Shown in pieces: positions 29,240-43,186 of a DNA stretch of 57,483 bases. Below the pieces are notes generated by a model that saw nothing but the letters and a program-made list of their open reading frames with translations, was not told the DNA's origin and did not search any database. The position numbers and the translations under genes are program-made. Position 1 is the first letter of the stretch. Every line of letters starts with the position of its first letter. Origin of the DNA: Chromera velia (taxonomy: Eukaryota); assembly GCA_018398765.1 (NCBI GenBank), contig JAHBMJ010000065.1, positions 1 to 57,483 on the forward strand. The letters run 5' to 3'.

Positions 29240-30982
29240 TGTGTATGTGTGTGTGTGAAGTTGTCTTTAAGGTTTCCAGCCTCTGTGTCAACTTTTCACG
29301 TTTGGATCTTACTGAATGTTTTGCAGAAAGCAAATAAGAGAACAAAAGTATTTCTGTCAATCTAGCTGTGCATCTGTTTGATTTCTCTTTTCTGTGATAT
29401 TTGTTCCTGTCTGTGTGGAAAAACGATCGGACAACAAACCAATTTTGAAAGAGAGGAAGGAAGGAAGGAAGGAAGGAAGGAANCCCCCCTCTCTCTCTCT
29501 GTCTCTTTTTGTGTGTGAGCATGTGTGTGCGGTGCACTGCCCTTCTGTTGCTCCCACGACGTCCCCCCCTTCCTTCGAAGGGAAGAAACGAGTGAAGAGA
29601 TTTCAGACGATAAGATACAAAGAATTCGACCAGAGAGCTCACCAGCATCCTCCAGCGGGGACTCCCCTGCCCACGGCAACTCTAGTCTCAAACTGGAGAA
29701 GAAGTAGTAACAGCTGCACGCAGATAGAATAGATGCCAACCATGCAGATCTGAGACTGATCACGGCGCGACCTTTGAGGAGCAGAAACACATGGATAAAT
29801 TGGCAGATGATGAAACTGGAAGCACGTCACACAGCATGAGAAAGCGCACGCAAGTTTCCCCTCAAGTTTACTCCTCACATCTCCAAGCACAAGCACACAC
29901 ACACACACACACACACACACGTCTACACATACAGACATATTGGTGCCGGTGAGACTGTATGTGTACGTTGCTGACTGAGCTTTGACATGCGAGCTGAGAC
30001 TCTGTCTCTGCCTTGCTCTTCCCTCCTTCTCTCTTTCCTCCTTAATTCATTCCCTTAATTACTTTCAATGATTGCGCTCGCTTTCTCACACATGCAGATT
30101 CACTTCCACACTTACGTGGACATTCATACACCCGATTCGTACGCCCACACCAGACTTGCTCTGGCAAGTGCCTCTAAGCGCATTACTGGCCTCTATCAGA
30201 TTTCAGATGTTGATCGATCACAGACACTTGATTGTTCGTGGTTTTTCAATGACACTCCCTCCCTTTGATGTTATTCCAAATTGCATTCTTCATGGGGGCT
30301 GTTCTCAAATCGATTACACGTTTCAAACGATGAAGAGGGAAATGAACTGAAATTCGCAGGAACTTTCATCCGGGGCTCAACGGCTGAGTTCTGCCAGCTG
30401 AGCTACCCTGCAAGCCGAATTGATGGATGCAGCGGTGCGAGGGAATCCGACATACGTAGGGAAATTCACACGCACATCAAGCACACACGAACACCATAAT
30501 ATGATCTGATCAGCAGTACAGCTTTCTGCATACACTCTTCCGTGTGTATGTTTGTTTCTCGTGTGTGCGGCAAAACGCATGTACGGACCTGTACGCGATC
30601 AGAGCGTTGTAGTACAGAGAGATCAAAAAGGCCGAGAGTGCAGAAGCAAACCCAATACCAGAAGACCAGAGAGAGATTTTGGGCCTGCAGACACCAGAGG
30701 TGGGTCGCGAGCATTGAATGAAATTTGTGGACACAACAAACAAAGAAAGGAAGACTGGCAGACAGAAAGACACAAATAGTAAAAGACAGACAGACAGACA
30801 GACTCACAGACAGACAGACAGACAGAAAGGCTGCAAGACAGACAGACAGACAGACAGACAGGCAGGCAGGCAGGCAGGCAGAAAGAAAGAAAGAAAGAAA
30901 GAAAGAAAGGAAGGAAGAAAGAAAGAAAGAAAGAAAAAAAGAAAGAAAGCACACTCAAGAGAAAAGAAGAAAACCGACAAAC

Positions 30983-31054
<72 letters not shown>

Positions 31055-32533
31055 CACTTAACTGACCAGAGAGCTGCCGTTCCTCTCTGGAATCTCTGAC
31101 CAACTCCTGTCTCCAGGGCAAACATCGGAATTCCAAGCAGCAGAGTGATGATGAAGTACCTGCATGCATGCATGTACGTGTGCGAATGTATGTACGCAGA
31201 CACGTGCACGGGTCAAAGCACAGTTCTGCATGCGTGTCGACTTGTCTCTGGAATTGCTGGGCTGACAGGGGAAGCCGCATACACATGTTTGTCTGCATGG
31301 ATTCCAGTAAGAACAGAGAAGAAAAAGAGTGAGAAAGCCGAAGCCAGGCAAATGGAGAGAAAAAGAGAAAGCCTCAGATAGGCCTAGAGAGAGAAGAGGG
31401 GAGAGAGGAAGAGAGACAGAATCACACAAGGAGCGAACGACTGACGGAATCATGAAAGCCGCGCCACCGTTTGCTGCAAGCAGCAGAGAAGGACGAACAG
31501 GACGATATTTCTCTTGCAGTGACAGTGCAACTAGATGAAGGAGCGTGAAACGAGATTGAGAAGCGGAAGAAGAGACACCATGCCTTCAAATCCTGTTTTG
31601 GGGAAGAGGACGGAGGGAAGAAAGCAAGCAAACAGTGGAGGGGAGTTGAGGAATCGGAAAGGCTTTCGCGCTCAATGTGACAACGAGGCAGAAGGGAGTG
31701 CAGTAGGTTGAGAGATCTGACTAGTAGAATTGACTGCTCACAGCCAGTGTGCATGCAGTTGTGTGCAAGCATCTCACGTGTAAACCCATGATCGGGTGAG
31801 AGGAGAGACTTACTAAAGCACAGATAAGGGAACCGCCACACATTTCCAGAGACTTACTAAAGCACAGATAAGGGAACCGCCACACATTTCCAAGCCCAAC
31901 GGCGAAGCCGACGAGAGTGAGGACGAACTCAGTGCTGCATCACGATGCATGTACCGATATTTCAACATCAGACAACCAGACAGAGAGACAGACAGACAAA
32001 CCAATACATGAATATGAAAGAGGTCCACGCGGAAACCACTGACAGATTGTTCACGTGTCTGTAAGAAGGACTTTCTTTCTGTATTGAAGGAGATTGAAGG
32101 AACGGACCGCTGAAGTGGGTTTGCAAAAAGAAATCACTCTGCGTTATACGAGGAGTGGTGAAGAAAAGAAAGCGTCCGAGTCGAAGAGACGCAAGCATGT
32201 ATCTGGTCTGAATGAAAAACGACAATCGTACGCAAGAACACGCCAAAAAGCGCGTGTGATGCACCAGAATGCATCAACACAGGTATGAAACGACCCATTC
32301 ATGTGAACATATATCCCGGATACACATGCAAAGTCCGCACAAAGAGTCACACATGCATGTTCGTCTCTCATGATGATCTGAGCTAGCCCGTGCAGTCCCT
32401 CATCAGTCGAAGAGCCTACAAACCTGGATCCCCATCGTTCCCTCTTTGCAACACTGTCAGTCGCAAGGCCCAGTCGTTTGAGCGTCACCGGAGAAGGGCC
32501 CGCTGCACTTTCAGGTGCTTCAACGACACTCAT
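26072..32533 (-). CDS. SLC6 / neurotransmitter:sodium symporter (NSS) family transporter, amino-acid type, ~729 aa, 9 exons
   Basis: Exons 32533-32424, 31934-31858, 31473-31446, 31159-31067, 30684-30589, 29713-29643, 29073-28872, 28143-27313 and 26753-26072 splice in phase. Motifs: [91 protein letters not shown]1 has Gly rather than the Asp of monoamine transporters. Confidence 0.95.
31804..31892. repeat. Perfect 44-bp tandem duplication spanning the SLC6 exon-2 end and splice donor
   Basis: agagacttactaaagcacagataagggaaccgccacacatttcc x2. Confidence 0.95.
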
Positions 32534-33345
32534 GGGAAGATCCGTCTACAACACTGGATGGGCAAGTGCACAGAGAAAGAGCCGGGGTATGAAGCAGATC
32601 CCACAAGACTTGATCACTTTTCGTTCACTTCCTGTAGAAGAGTAACGCCTTGTCTAACCGCAGAGCAAGCTTCATAAGCTGAACAGGTGCAACTAAGTGG
32701 CTGGCTGCAATCTTTGAAATGAGACACACGTCCGATGAAATTTATGAGGGAACAGAAATCGTGCGATCGATTCAAGAATCGGCTACCTTCTTACTCGAGC
32801 ATGGCTAGCTATATATCTCTGCGCGCGGATATGCGTAGTCTCAGAGGGCAGCTCACTGTAGCAAAAAAGTTTTCATACGGTAAAAAAAGGCCCAAGAAGA
32901 CATCATTTCACATAGTAAATTTGCGTCGATCAGCTTCGATCGCGGTTGAACGTTATACGATCGCGCATAGTTAATTTAGCTAAACCACGGTGAAAAATCC
33001 ACGGCACTCACCTGTCCATGCGCACATTCAGCATACTATCAGCATACTGGCTTCAACGCACATATATATCCATGCATGGACACCTGTTTGCATTTGAGGA
33101 GCACATTGAATATAGAGTGACCGAATGAAGTCTCCATATATAGTATATGTCTGCAAAGTCCCGAAACTTGCATCATTCCTATTTGCGGCGCAGGATATTA
33201 ACATATAGGAGACTAAAGAGAACAATTGCTGGTGGCTGCAGACAACAACAGAGTACCCACAAAGAATGCAACGCGAGACATCGTAGGATCATCACAAAAT
33301 TCAAAACACACTCTATCTGCCTCCACGAATTGCCTTCTATTCAAG
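32534..33345. promoter_or_regulatory. Candidate bidirectional promoter / 5' UTR region between divergent SLC6 and lipase genes
   Basis: The two start codons face away from each other 812 bp apart; the interval lacks microsatellites and TE relics. No specific sites identified. Confidence 0.5.
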
Positions 33346-33927
33346 ATGGAAAGGCGGGCGCAAATCTTCCCCTCACCTTTCCAGGCTCTCCTGTCCTTGT
33401 CCTTCCTCTTCGCTACTGGTTCCGCCTTCACCCCCGACGCCTTCTCGAAAGAAATTCAGGTGAGGGAGGCACCCAACCAGGGCTCATCGTCGGTGGTGGT
33501 GAGGGAGTACGCGTTCCCCTCCGATCTGCCGGGTTTCTACAAAGAGTTGAACTACACTTGTGAAAAGGGCATTACGACGCAGCCAGACAACCTGGGCACA
33601 TTCTTTGGCTGTCTCTTGCCATCAATCGACGAAGGTCAGTCAATCCATCCCTAACCCAGAGATTTTTCGCTCCATCATGGGATGTGCCTGCAATGCAGCC
33701 TGCAGGCGAGGATATTCACCCACTGCAGTATAAACCTCTGTCGTAAAAATGGATTCTGCCTGCAGGAAACTCCCTCCTGGCAGCAACTTGCGCCTGCACG
33801 AGTCTTGTTCCGGATGCCGAGGCTTGTGGGATTCACTCGTTCGTGCAGGTCAGACATGCAAACAAACAGATTGACAGACAGACAGAGGGAAAAACAGACA
33901 GACAGGCAAACAGAGGGAGAGGCAGAC

Positions 33928-33981
<54 letters not shown>

Positions 33982-34045
33982 CAGGCAGGTAGACAGATAG
34001 ACAAGAGGCAGGCAGGCAGACAGACAAACAGACAAACAGACAGAC

Positions 34046-34086
<41 letters not shown>

Positions 34087-34420
34087 AACAGACAAACAGA
34101 CAAACAGACAAACAGACAAACAGACAGAGAGGCAAGCATGCAGGTAGTTAGGGAGATAGGCAGGCAGACACTGCGGAACACGTATTTGAAGAACACGTAG
34201 AAGAAATTAGTGGTTGTCATCCAAACCTGTCTAGGAGGAGGAAAAACCCATGACGACTTGCGGATTGAGCCGCTTGTTTCTTTGAATAAAAGGTCGATCG
34301 AGTAGTTCGACAGACAGCAACTCCCCAAGAGATGGAACAGAAGAGGTGCCCCTCCCCTCCTTGTCACTTCAAGCAACCGCACATGCAGTTTTGGCGTTCA
34401 GTCAACAAAACAGTTTTCGG

Positions 34421-34498
<78 letters not shown>

Positions 34499-37400
34499 TA
34501 TCTATCTCTATCTCAGCTTGCGTGCGTGCGTTTGTGTGTGTGCGTGTGCAGGCAACTGTTGCTTGTGGAGACCGACTTGACTTTGTGTGCCCTCTCCACC
34601 CAAGTTAGTCTCGTTACTGTGCTTTCACGCTCGCTGTTTCTTTTCTCTTTATCTGCCTGTCGGTCTCAGTCAGTCAGTTAGCCTGTGTGTTTGTTCGTCA
34701 GTCAGTCAGTCTGCCAGTCTGTTCCTCTCTGTCGGGGGCTAGCACCTGTGAGCAGTCACACAATTTATGCTATGTGAGTTATTTCTTGCGTGCCCCTTTC
34801 GCTGCGAGCATGTGTGTCCATACCTCCATGCGTCCGCGTTGTTTAGTTTCTGTGTCTTTGGCATGGGGCTCTCGTTCCGACTGGTTTTTCTGTCTCTCCG
34901 AGGGGCATGGAAACTAGGGTTCACCCTTACTCGGGCAGAAACGGAAGTGGATTTTCATGAATGAATGAGTGAATGAAAGGCAAAAGAAAGAAACCCATCT
35001 GTCTGTCTGTCTCGAGCTCCATCTGTCTACGCTTTCAGTCAACTTGTCTGCATGTCTGTCTGTGTGTTCGTCAGTGGCTCAGTCTGTCCTTTTGACTAGC
35101 TCGCACACAGCTGGTCGGATGTTTTGTCTCTCTCTATCCCCCCCCCCACACCCCCTTCGTGAGTGACTCTCTCTGTGTGTGTGTGTGTGTGACTCTGTGT
35201 GTGTGTGACCCTGTGTGTGAGTTTCCATCCATCTCTATGCGTCTGCATCTACCTGTCTATTTACCCTTGGTTTGTCTGTGTCTGCTCCGTCTGTGGTCTT
35301 GTGGGTGCACGTATGCATGTGCGTCTAGATGCATGCATGCACAGATGCGAAACTACACAGTCTGTGTGCGGCTGTGCGGCTGTGTGGCAGTTTTTTGGGA
35401 CTTCTCGAGGTTGCGAGGCAGTGGTATGGAGAGAAGAAACATCTGTAAGGGTCTTCTGTGTTTGAGCCCACAACTCTTCGCATTTTATGGATCGACACAT
35501 CTCTTCTCTTCTCCCCTTGGGAGCCCAAAGTGCATATATGTGGACGTGTCAGCACGTCTGTGTGTGGATGAGCTTTCGTACACGGGTGTGCATGAATGCG
35601 TGGATGTACATACATATGTTCACTGCGTCTGTGTGAGGAAGCATGTGTTTGTATGGACGGGCGGGCAGGCAGATGTGTGTTTGTACAGATGAATCGATTG
35701 CTCGATATATATGTACCTGCATGCATGCAGCGGTGATTCCAGCCCTCCGTGTATCGGAGGAAGACGCGACATTCGACAGCTTTGACTTCGATGCCGCTCT
35801 TCCTGTTCCGTCCTTCCTCGGCCGGTCAGTCACTGTGGGCGGACAGGTTCTCTGCATGCATGCAGCTAGGGCTGCAGTGCTTCGCCTCGTCTCCCGGGTT
35901 GTCTTTTTCAGGAGGGAAGCTTGGGTTTCTTTTGTTTTCACTTTCAGTCGAGCATGATCGTGAGGACACCAGACAATTGTGTCTCAGTGCTTTTCTCTTT
36001 CCTTGTGCTTAAGTTTTTGACGGTATGACAAGCAAATTCCTTTGCGACTCGGCCATGGGCTGATGGGTAAGCTTGGTAAGGGTCCATGCGGATTAGCAGC
36101 ACGTGCATCGAAGTTTGTACATCAGACGCATGATCGAGTGTGTGTGTACTGTTCTTGTTGAAAGCGCTTTGGGGACATACTAGCTTCTTCTCTCTTCTCT
36201 CTCTCTGAGTACATGCATGTACCTGGCTACCCATGTGATTCTTTCTTTCTGCGGTCTTCTTTCTTTCTGTGTGCATATGTCCATCTTGTATGTCCAAAAC
36301 CCTCTCTTGATACCTTCTGTTGGTTTGAGGGAGGGATCTATCTTCCTGCAGGGACCAGACTGTCGAGGAGGCACTTCCGCTTTACCTCGGGACAATGGCT
36401 GTCTATAGACTCCACGCATTTGCAGGTAGGCAGGCAGGCAACTTTGAGCTCGAATGGTGGACAGAGAGAATGGCTGCAAGTCCTTCATCCTATGTCTTCG
36501 TCTTCACAGCCGGCCCACTCCTCTTGGTGTCTCCTTTCCCTGTCTGCGTTCTTCACACCTTCCCTTGCTTCCTTGGTGCTTTGCTGCTCAACTCAATTCT
36601 TACCTTCTTCTCCCCAGTTGCTCTTTGCACCTCCCGACGCTTTGTTCCTCACAGCTTCTGCACCGCTCTGCTCTTTGGACCCCCCCCCCCCTCCGATTCG
36701 CAGCATCTGCCAGTCTGCAACTTCGACGGGAGGAAGCAGGATCAGAATGTTCTGATGTGACCGCACAATTCATGATATTCATGCAAGGATAGACGCATAA
36801 CCTACATTGAATTCATATACCCATCCCCCCCCGGCCTTCCTGTCTGCCCGGCCTTCCTGTCTGCCCGCCTGCCTCCCTGCAGTGAACGTTGTGTGCTTCG
36901 AGTGGGCGGACTGGGAATCCTTCGAGGTGCTGCCTGGGTGGGAACTTAGGGGTCTACTTTACCCGAGATTCAGGGCAGCTCCCGGGCCAGAACAACCTCA
37001 AGTTCGTCAGTAGCAGCATTGTTTTTCTTTCCTCTCTCTTTTGTCACAGCCCGCAGGCCTGATCGGTGATAGGGCGGAATGCTCCCTTTTCATCTGCCTG
37101 TCTATGAGTGCGACCGGTAGATGGGGAGAGAAGCAGCGAGCGAGAAAGAAAGAATCCGAGAGAGCAACGCGCATGCAGACAGCAGCAAGCCACGCCAGGT
37201 AGACGAAGTGAGGGGTGAAATCAGGACCCAGGGAAGCAGGCGAACAAAAACAACCGGAATGTCATCGAGTCGCAAACGGGAAAAAATGGGAAGAATAATT
37301 TTTCCTCTTCTTCTCCTCACACAGTCATGTTCCTCCCTGCCTCTTGTCCTGCATTCCCTTTTTGGCATCTGTGTGCGCCTGCATGCCTCTTCTCTATCTG

Positions 37401-39226
37401 CAATTTCTTAATTCAGATTGCGCTTTCGGTTCGGGGAGACACACTGCTGATCACAATCAGAGGAACTCAGCACTATGCGGAGTGGCTCTCTGATTTCCGG
37501 TTCGTCTGTCTGACTGCATGTTGATTGAGTGACTGACCGACTTGGTACGCAGTCTGTCTGTTTCACTTCCTCCGTATGAAGTGGACATGATTCTTAGTGT
37601 GTATGCAGATTTCTGCTTCGATTCACACGCATCCATGCATCGGTCTCTCTGGGTCATTTGCCCACGCCCCCAACGATAGCCATCCATCCACAGGAGAGAC
37701 CGGGTCTCGTGCATGAACTCTCTCTCTCTCTTTCGTTCTCTTTTTCTTCCCTCCAGGTGGGACTTGCGGCCCGACGGAGTTCACCGGGGCTTCGGGGACG
37801 TTGCAGACGCTCTGCTTCCCTCTCTGGTCCAGCTGGTCGAGGAGATTTTGCTCCAAGAGGGGGTAGGTAGGTGGATTGATTGGAGGGGAGGGCTCCAAGA
37901 GGGGGTAGGTAGGTGGATTGATTGGAGGGGAGAGAAGGCCTTGGAGGGAGAGGAGTGCATGGAAAAGCTTTGGGGGGGAAGTCAGGGGATGAATCTAGGA
38001 TGAAGAGAGAAAGCATGGTTGAGAAAGAACGGTGACGGTACATACATGTTTTCGTCTGTCTGGAGAACGTTTTCCATTCCTGCCTCTCTCGCCCTGCCAG
38101 AGTGCGCATCCATTCTTTTGACCCTCTCTGCACATGCACGACCGCGTTTCTGATTGATTTGGTTTACTGAAACAGGGAAGGGGAGAAAAGTGCGGTCAGC
38201 CTCCTCCCTCACGATGAAGATTCATGCACGTGATACGGAACCGAGTACTCAAGCAAAATGGATCATGATGTCTCTTACCTTGCTTTCCCTCCCCGTCCTA
38301 TTTATATTTGAATTCAGGGAAGTCTGAACAAGGCTGTGGTGACTGGACACTCTCTCGGAGGAGCTCTGACGGATGCGCTTTCTCTCTCTCTGGTGGAGAC
38401 ATTCGGAACCCTGAAGTGAGTCAAGAAAAAGAAGAGAAAGCATGCATGTCGCCTCATGTGGATATGCGCACACCCAAGTGAGAAAGGGCTTGTGTGACAA
38501 GTTACTTCTCCAGATCGTTGGAGGTTTTTGTCTTCTATTTCTTTGCGAAAGGAGCGAGTGGGGAGGTCGCTTCATTTTTTTTTCAGATCTTTGCAAAGAG
38601 GGTGATGGGAGAGGGAAGTGATTCTCTCACACCGTGCGCGTTGATTCGCGGTCATCCATCCCTGCGGTACAGCCTCACGTACGGGGATGCATAAATTATC
38701 AATCGGCTGTCAGCGGACGTTTGCGGTCCAACCAAGCAAGGCCAATCATGCAAGCTTCCATCTTACTTGCGGTTCTCTCTCTATCAATGCAAAAAACTAG
38801 CGATGTGGGGATCAACTGAAAGCTGAGCAGCTCAATGGAATTTCTCTGTTCTTTTTTTCGCTGTCAAAATTATCGTTGCCCGTTTCGAGGTAACCTCTTA
38901 GAGTTCTTGCGAAAGAGAGTCTGGCTTGTCTGATCAACTTGCGGGCTCCGTGTCGGTAAATCAAAAGAACCAATCGACTGATTCACGTACACGCATGCAG
39001 ATGGGCGTTCCTCTCATACGAGGGCGTGCTTGCGTTCAATCAAGAAAAGTACAATGAACAGGCGGAGAAAGCCCTAGTCAGGTTGGTTTGTCAGGCGGTC
39101 TCTCTGTATTTATCTGTCTGGTCTGTCTGCAACGTTTCTTTGTGTGCTTTGTTTCTTTTTTTCTTTGTTTATCTGTCTGTCTGTCTGTCTGTCTTTCTCT
39201 TTCTCTCGTTCCCTTTCTCTCCCTCT

Positions 39227-39279
<53 letters not shown>

Positions 39280-42200
39280 CCTCTCCCCGACACACCTGCG
39301 TTCAAAGGCACTCTCTCTTGCTCACTTTCAGAGAGACTTACGCGCTATCTATGATCACGCTGGTCGCGCCTGACTGCCTGTTTTCCCCTGTCAGACAGTC
39401 TTTGTCTTCCTCTGGCGCTCTCCTCTTTTCCCTTACCCTTGTGCATGCACACACACGCGTTGACAGAAACGTCTATGCCTACACGCATGTTTAGATGCAC
39501 GCACACTTGTGTTTTTAAGCAAGCGAGTGAGTGAATGAATGAGTGAGGGACTGTGTGGTCGGCACGTGGAGGAAAGGATGTGCTTTGAATTGTCTGTCTA
39601 CTGTGCGGTCTAGCTGTCGACTTTTCACTCTCTCTGCTGTGATTTTGCTGTCTTGTTACATTGCTGGAATGGTATTCTTCTCACACACATGCGCTACTTC
39701 TGCTTGTCGATGTCAGAGTCGCATCTGTTTTTTTCCTGTCTGTCTATTTGACGAGCATCACTGCATGCGTGCAGGCACATCAGACACCATCAAGACTTCT
39801 TCGTTGACATCGGCTGCCTGGGGTGTGGGCCAGGAAGGCAATCGGGGGGCAGGGCGGCATGCGGTGCGGAAACGCAGGCTCCGTTTCCTTCACTCACAGA
39901 AGACCCGAGTCCCTATGGAGTCCCCTCAGGTACTGTCTTCACGATTCGTGGGCGGCCGTTTAAGCATGTGCTGGAGGGGTCGTCAGTACTTCTTACTGTT
40001 TGTCTGTCTGTCTGTCTGTCTATCTGTCAGTCTAGCTCTGATGTGAACCCGCAGCTACGAGAACGAACGCATCCGTGCATAAAGCTGCATGAGAACTTGG
40101 GCGGTTAGTTGGTTGGATGGATGGATGGAATGAACAGAAACACAACAATTCATCCACCCCTTAATTCTGAAACTCGATCTTTCTTTTTCCTCGATCTGCA
40201 CGCATTGTTGTTCTGGTTTGGCTCAGACTTTCCATTTTGCTCCTTGACTTGCCATGCCTCTTTTTGCTGCCTTTCTCAATTTCTTTCTCTCCCGTTGCCA
40301 CTTCCTGTCTCTCTCTTTCTCTCTGTTTATTCCCTCCCCCCCCCCCCCNNNNNNNNNNNNNNNNNNNNNNNNNNNNNNNNNNNNNNNNNNNNNNNNNNNN
40401 NNNNNNNNNNNNNNNNNNNNNNNNNNNNNNNNNNNNNNNNNNNNNNNNNNNNNNNNNNNNNNNNNNNNNNNNNNNNNNNNNNNNNNNNNNNNNNNNNNNN
40501 NNNNNNNNNNNNNNNNNNNNNNNNNNNNNNNNNNNNNNNNNNNNNNNNNNNNNNNNNNNNCCCCCCCCCTCTCTGTGTGTGTGTGTGTGTGTGTACGTGT
40601 CTGTTGCAATTACTTCACAGGTCACGTGAACATCAGACAGGGGGGGCCTACCGCTTTTGACATTCCGTGGAAGCTTCAACCCCTGGTTTGTCTGTCCCTC
40701 CCACCTCTTTTCCGTCCTTCCTCTCTCGGCGTCGTCCTTTAGCCTCTTTCCCTTCATCATGCTACTTCTTTGCCGCATTTGTCTCCTTCTTCAACACCCC
40801 GCTCCTCCCTCTTTGCTGGCTGTCGCAGTATCTATCTTTCCCTGTCTATCGATGTTTGCGTTTGCTTGATGGCTCCTGCATGTCTTTTCTGGTCGCTTTT
40901 GTGAAAGCCAAAAGGCAAGCATGTCTCGTATATAGATATGTTCCGCTCTCTTTGGTCCATCCTTCTTCCGCCCGTAACTTTGTAGGTCCGTGTGTCCACA
41001 ACGTACATCCACTACTGCGCTCCTGCGTGCTTCCTCCAAACACTGCTCGAGAAGGCAGTACCCGAACTGACAGTCACTCCAATGTCAGTCAGTCTGTCTG
41101 TCTGTCTGTATGTATGTTCGGGTGCATATACTCAAGGAGGCACACCAGAGCACCCAGGCACGTACACGAGAAAAATGAACATCTCTTCTGTGCTCTCGAA
41201 TTCCTTCCACCCCTAGCTGTATATAAAAGGCTTATCGGCGCAGTCTTGAGAAAGAGAGAGAAAAGAAGCATAGTTCCTCTCTTCCCAACCCGACCTGAAG
41301 TCGACGCAATCGCTCGAAACGAGAAGTCACTCTTGCTCTTCGAAGGGACTCGCTCTGTCTACCGGTTTTTGTCTTCTTTTTCCTTCCTGTGCGCGAAATT
41401 GATTGCAGCTATAAAGAGTCGAAGCAAGGCAACTTCACCTTTATTGAGACTGACGGGCGTTTCTGCACGCAGGTATGTTTGCTTGTTTGTGTATTTGCAC
41501 TGCGGAATTCATCGGCAAGTGTTCAATGTCTCAAGCCGTTTTTTTTCTCACTCTAGGGTGGCAGTGCGGTACTGCAGAAGATGAGACAGACCGTCAAGGA
41601 GGAGTAGCCTCTCTGAAATTCGATCGAGTGCGTATGTCAAAGCCTAGCTGCAGGAAAATATAACGATGCATACTCGACGGGTGGAGGAGTCTCTCCGCAG
41701 TGTGGGGGGGATGGGGGAGGGTAGAGGGGGGATTGTGTGTTTCTGTTCTGTTTGTGTAGGTGTAGGTGTAGGTGTACATGCAGGTGTGGATCTGTGTTTC
41801 AGTCTGTTTTCTTGCTTGTGTCAGTGTCTGCATGTGCGCGCGTGCACATCTGTTCATATGCGTGTATATATGGGCATCCGTAAGTCTGTTCCAGTCTCAG
41901 GAAAGGGAACGGATTTAGCAGCTTGCAAAATTTCGTCTTATAAATTCTGTCCCCGCCCGCCATTCTGCGGAACCTCCTCTGTGAATGAAAAGAGAGAGTG
42001 CCGTCTCGAGTTCCCATACGTGCAGGGAAGTTGCAACCTTCTGGCAGCACAGGCCACGGAAGGCGCCTTCGGTACCGCTATCTTTGGGATCTTTGCAGGT
42101 CCGTCCGTCCGTCCGTCCGATCATCTTTCTTTCCATCTAGCTGTGTAGCTGGTTGCTGGTCTGCCTGATCTGCCTGTCTATCGCCTCGGAGGGCAGCTCA

Positions 42201-42636
42201 GCTTTGCTGAGATCAGCCGAGAGGCCCTGATATCGCGCGATCACTCTCTTTTTTTTAGGGGGGGGATCGATGTCAGCGTGGAATTAATTCGTGGAATCAA
42301 GGTGAGTCAATATACATTTCCCCTCGGAGGGCAGCTCAGCCCGGCTCGGGGGCCCTAAGACACCGCGCACTTGCATAAACATACACGGTCGAGACACGTT
42401 AGAATTATAATTCAAACCACTGATGCCCCCCGAGGCACTCACCCAACTAGTTGGGTGTATCACGTTTGTTTACTTCTCTTTCTTCCTTGCTTTTCTTCGC
42501 TTGTGTAAGGAAATTTCGTCTTCGCCTGCTGGTTGCAGCCAGCGTTTCTTTCTACCTTTTTCGGTCTTTTTGTCTGGCCTGCCTGTTTCTTTCTTTCTTT
42601 GTTTGTTTGTTTCTTCGTTTCTATCCGCCTTTTCTC

Positions 42637-42667
<31 letters not shown>

Positions 42668-42723
42668 TTTTCTTTTTTTTTTTTTTCTTTCTTTCTTTCT
42701 TTCTTTCTTTCTTTTTCTTTCTC

Positions 42724-42754
<31 letters not shown>

Positions 42755-42771
42755 CTCTCTTTCTTTCTTTC

Positions 42772-42813
<42 letters not shown>

Positions 42814-43093
42814 TTTCTTTCTTTCTTTCTTTCTTTCTTTCTCTCTTTTTCTCTCACTGTTGCTTTACGTGGAAATGGAGGGACAATGGAACCTGCAGGG
42901 TGTACAGATGCATTTTACGTAAGAGTTTCCGCGGGGCTTCATATTTCTTGTGGTGTTTCTTCTCTCTTTCTTTGTATGCAGGCATGGCTCTTTTACTTCC
43001 CGGAACTTCTGCCCGTCTCCTGAAACTTTTTGGAGACCAGTGGAAGGAGAAAGTCAACGCGGCAGATGCCGTCGATATCTTCGGAAAGGTTTG

Positions 43094-43124
<31 letters not shown>

Positions 43125-43146
43125 GTGCGTGTGTGCGTGTGTGTGC

Positions 43147-43186
<40 letters not shown>

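Noticed and set aside
40667..41584. 305-aa ORF inside the lipase locus
   Set aside because: It crosses introns out of frame with the true exons and has no recognisable motif.
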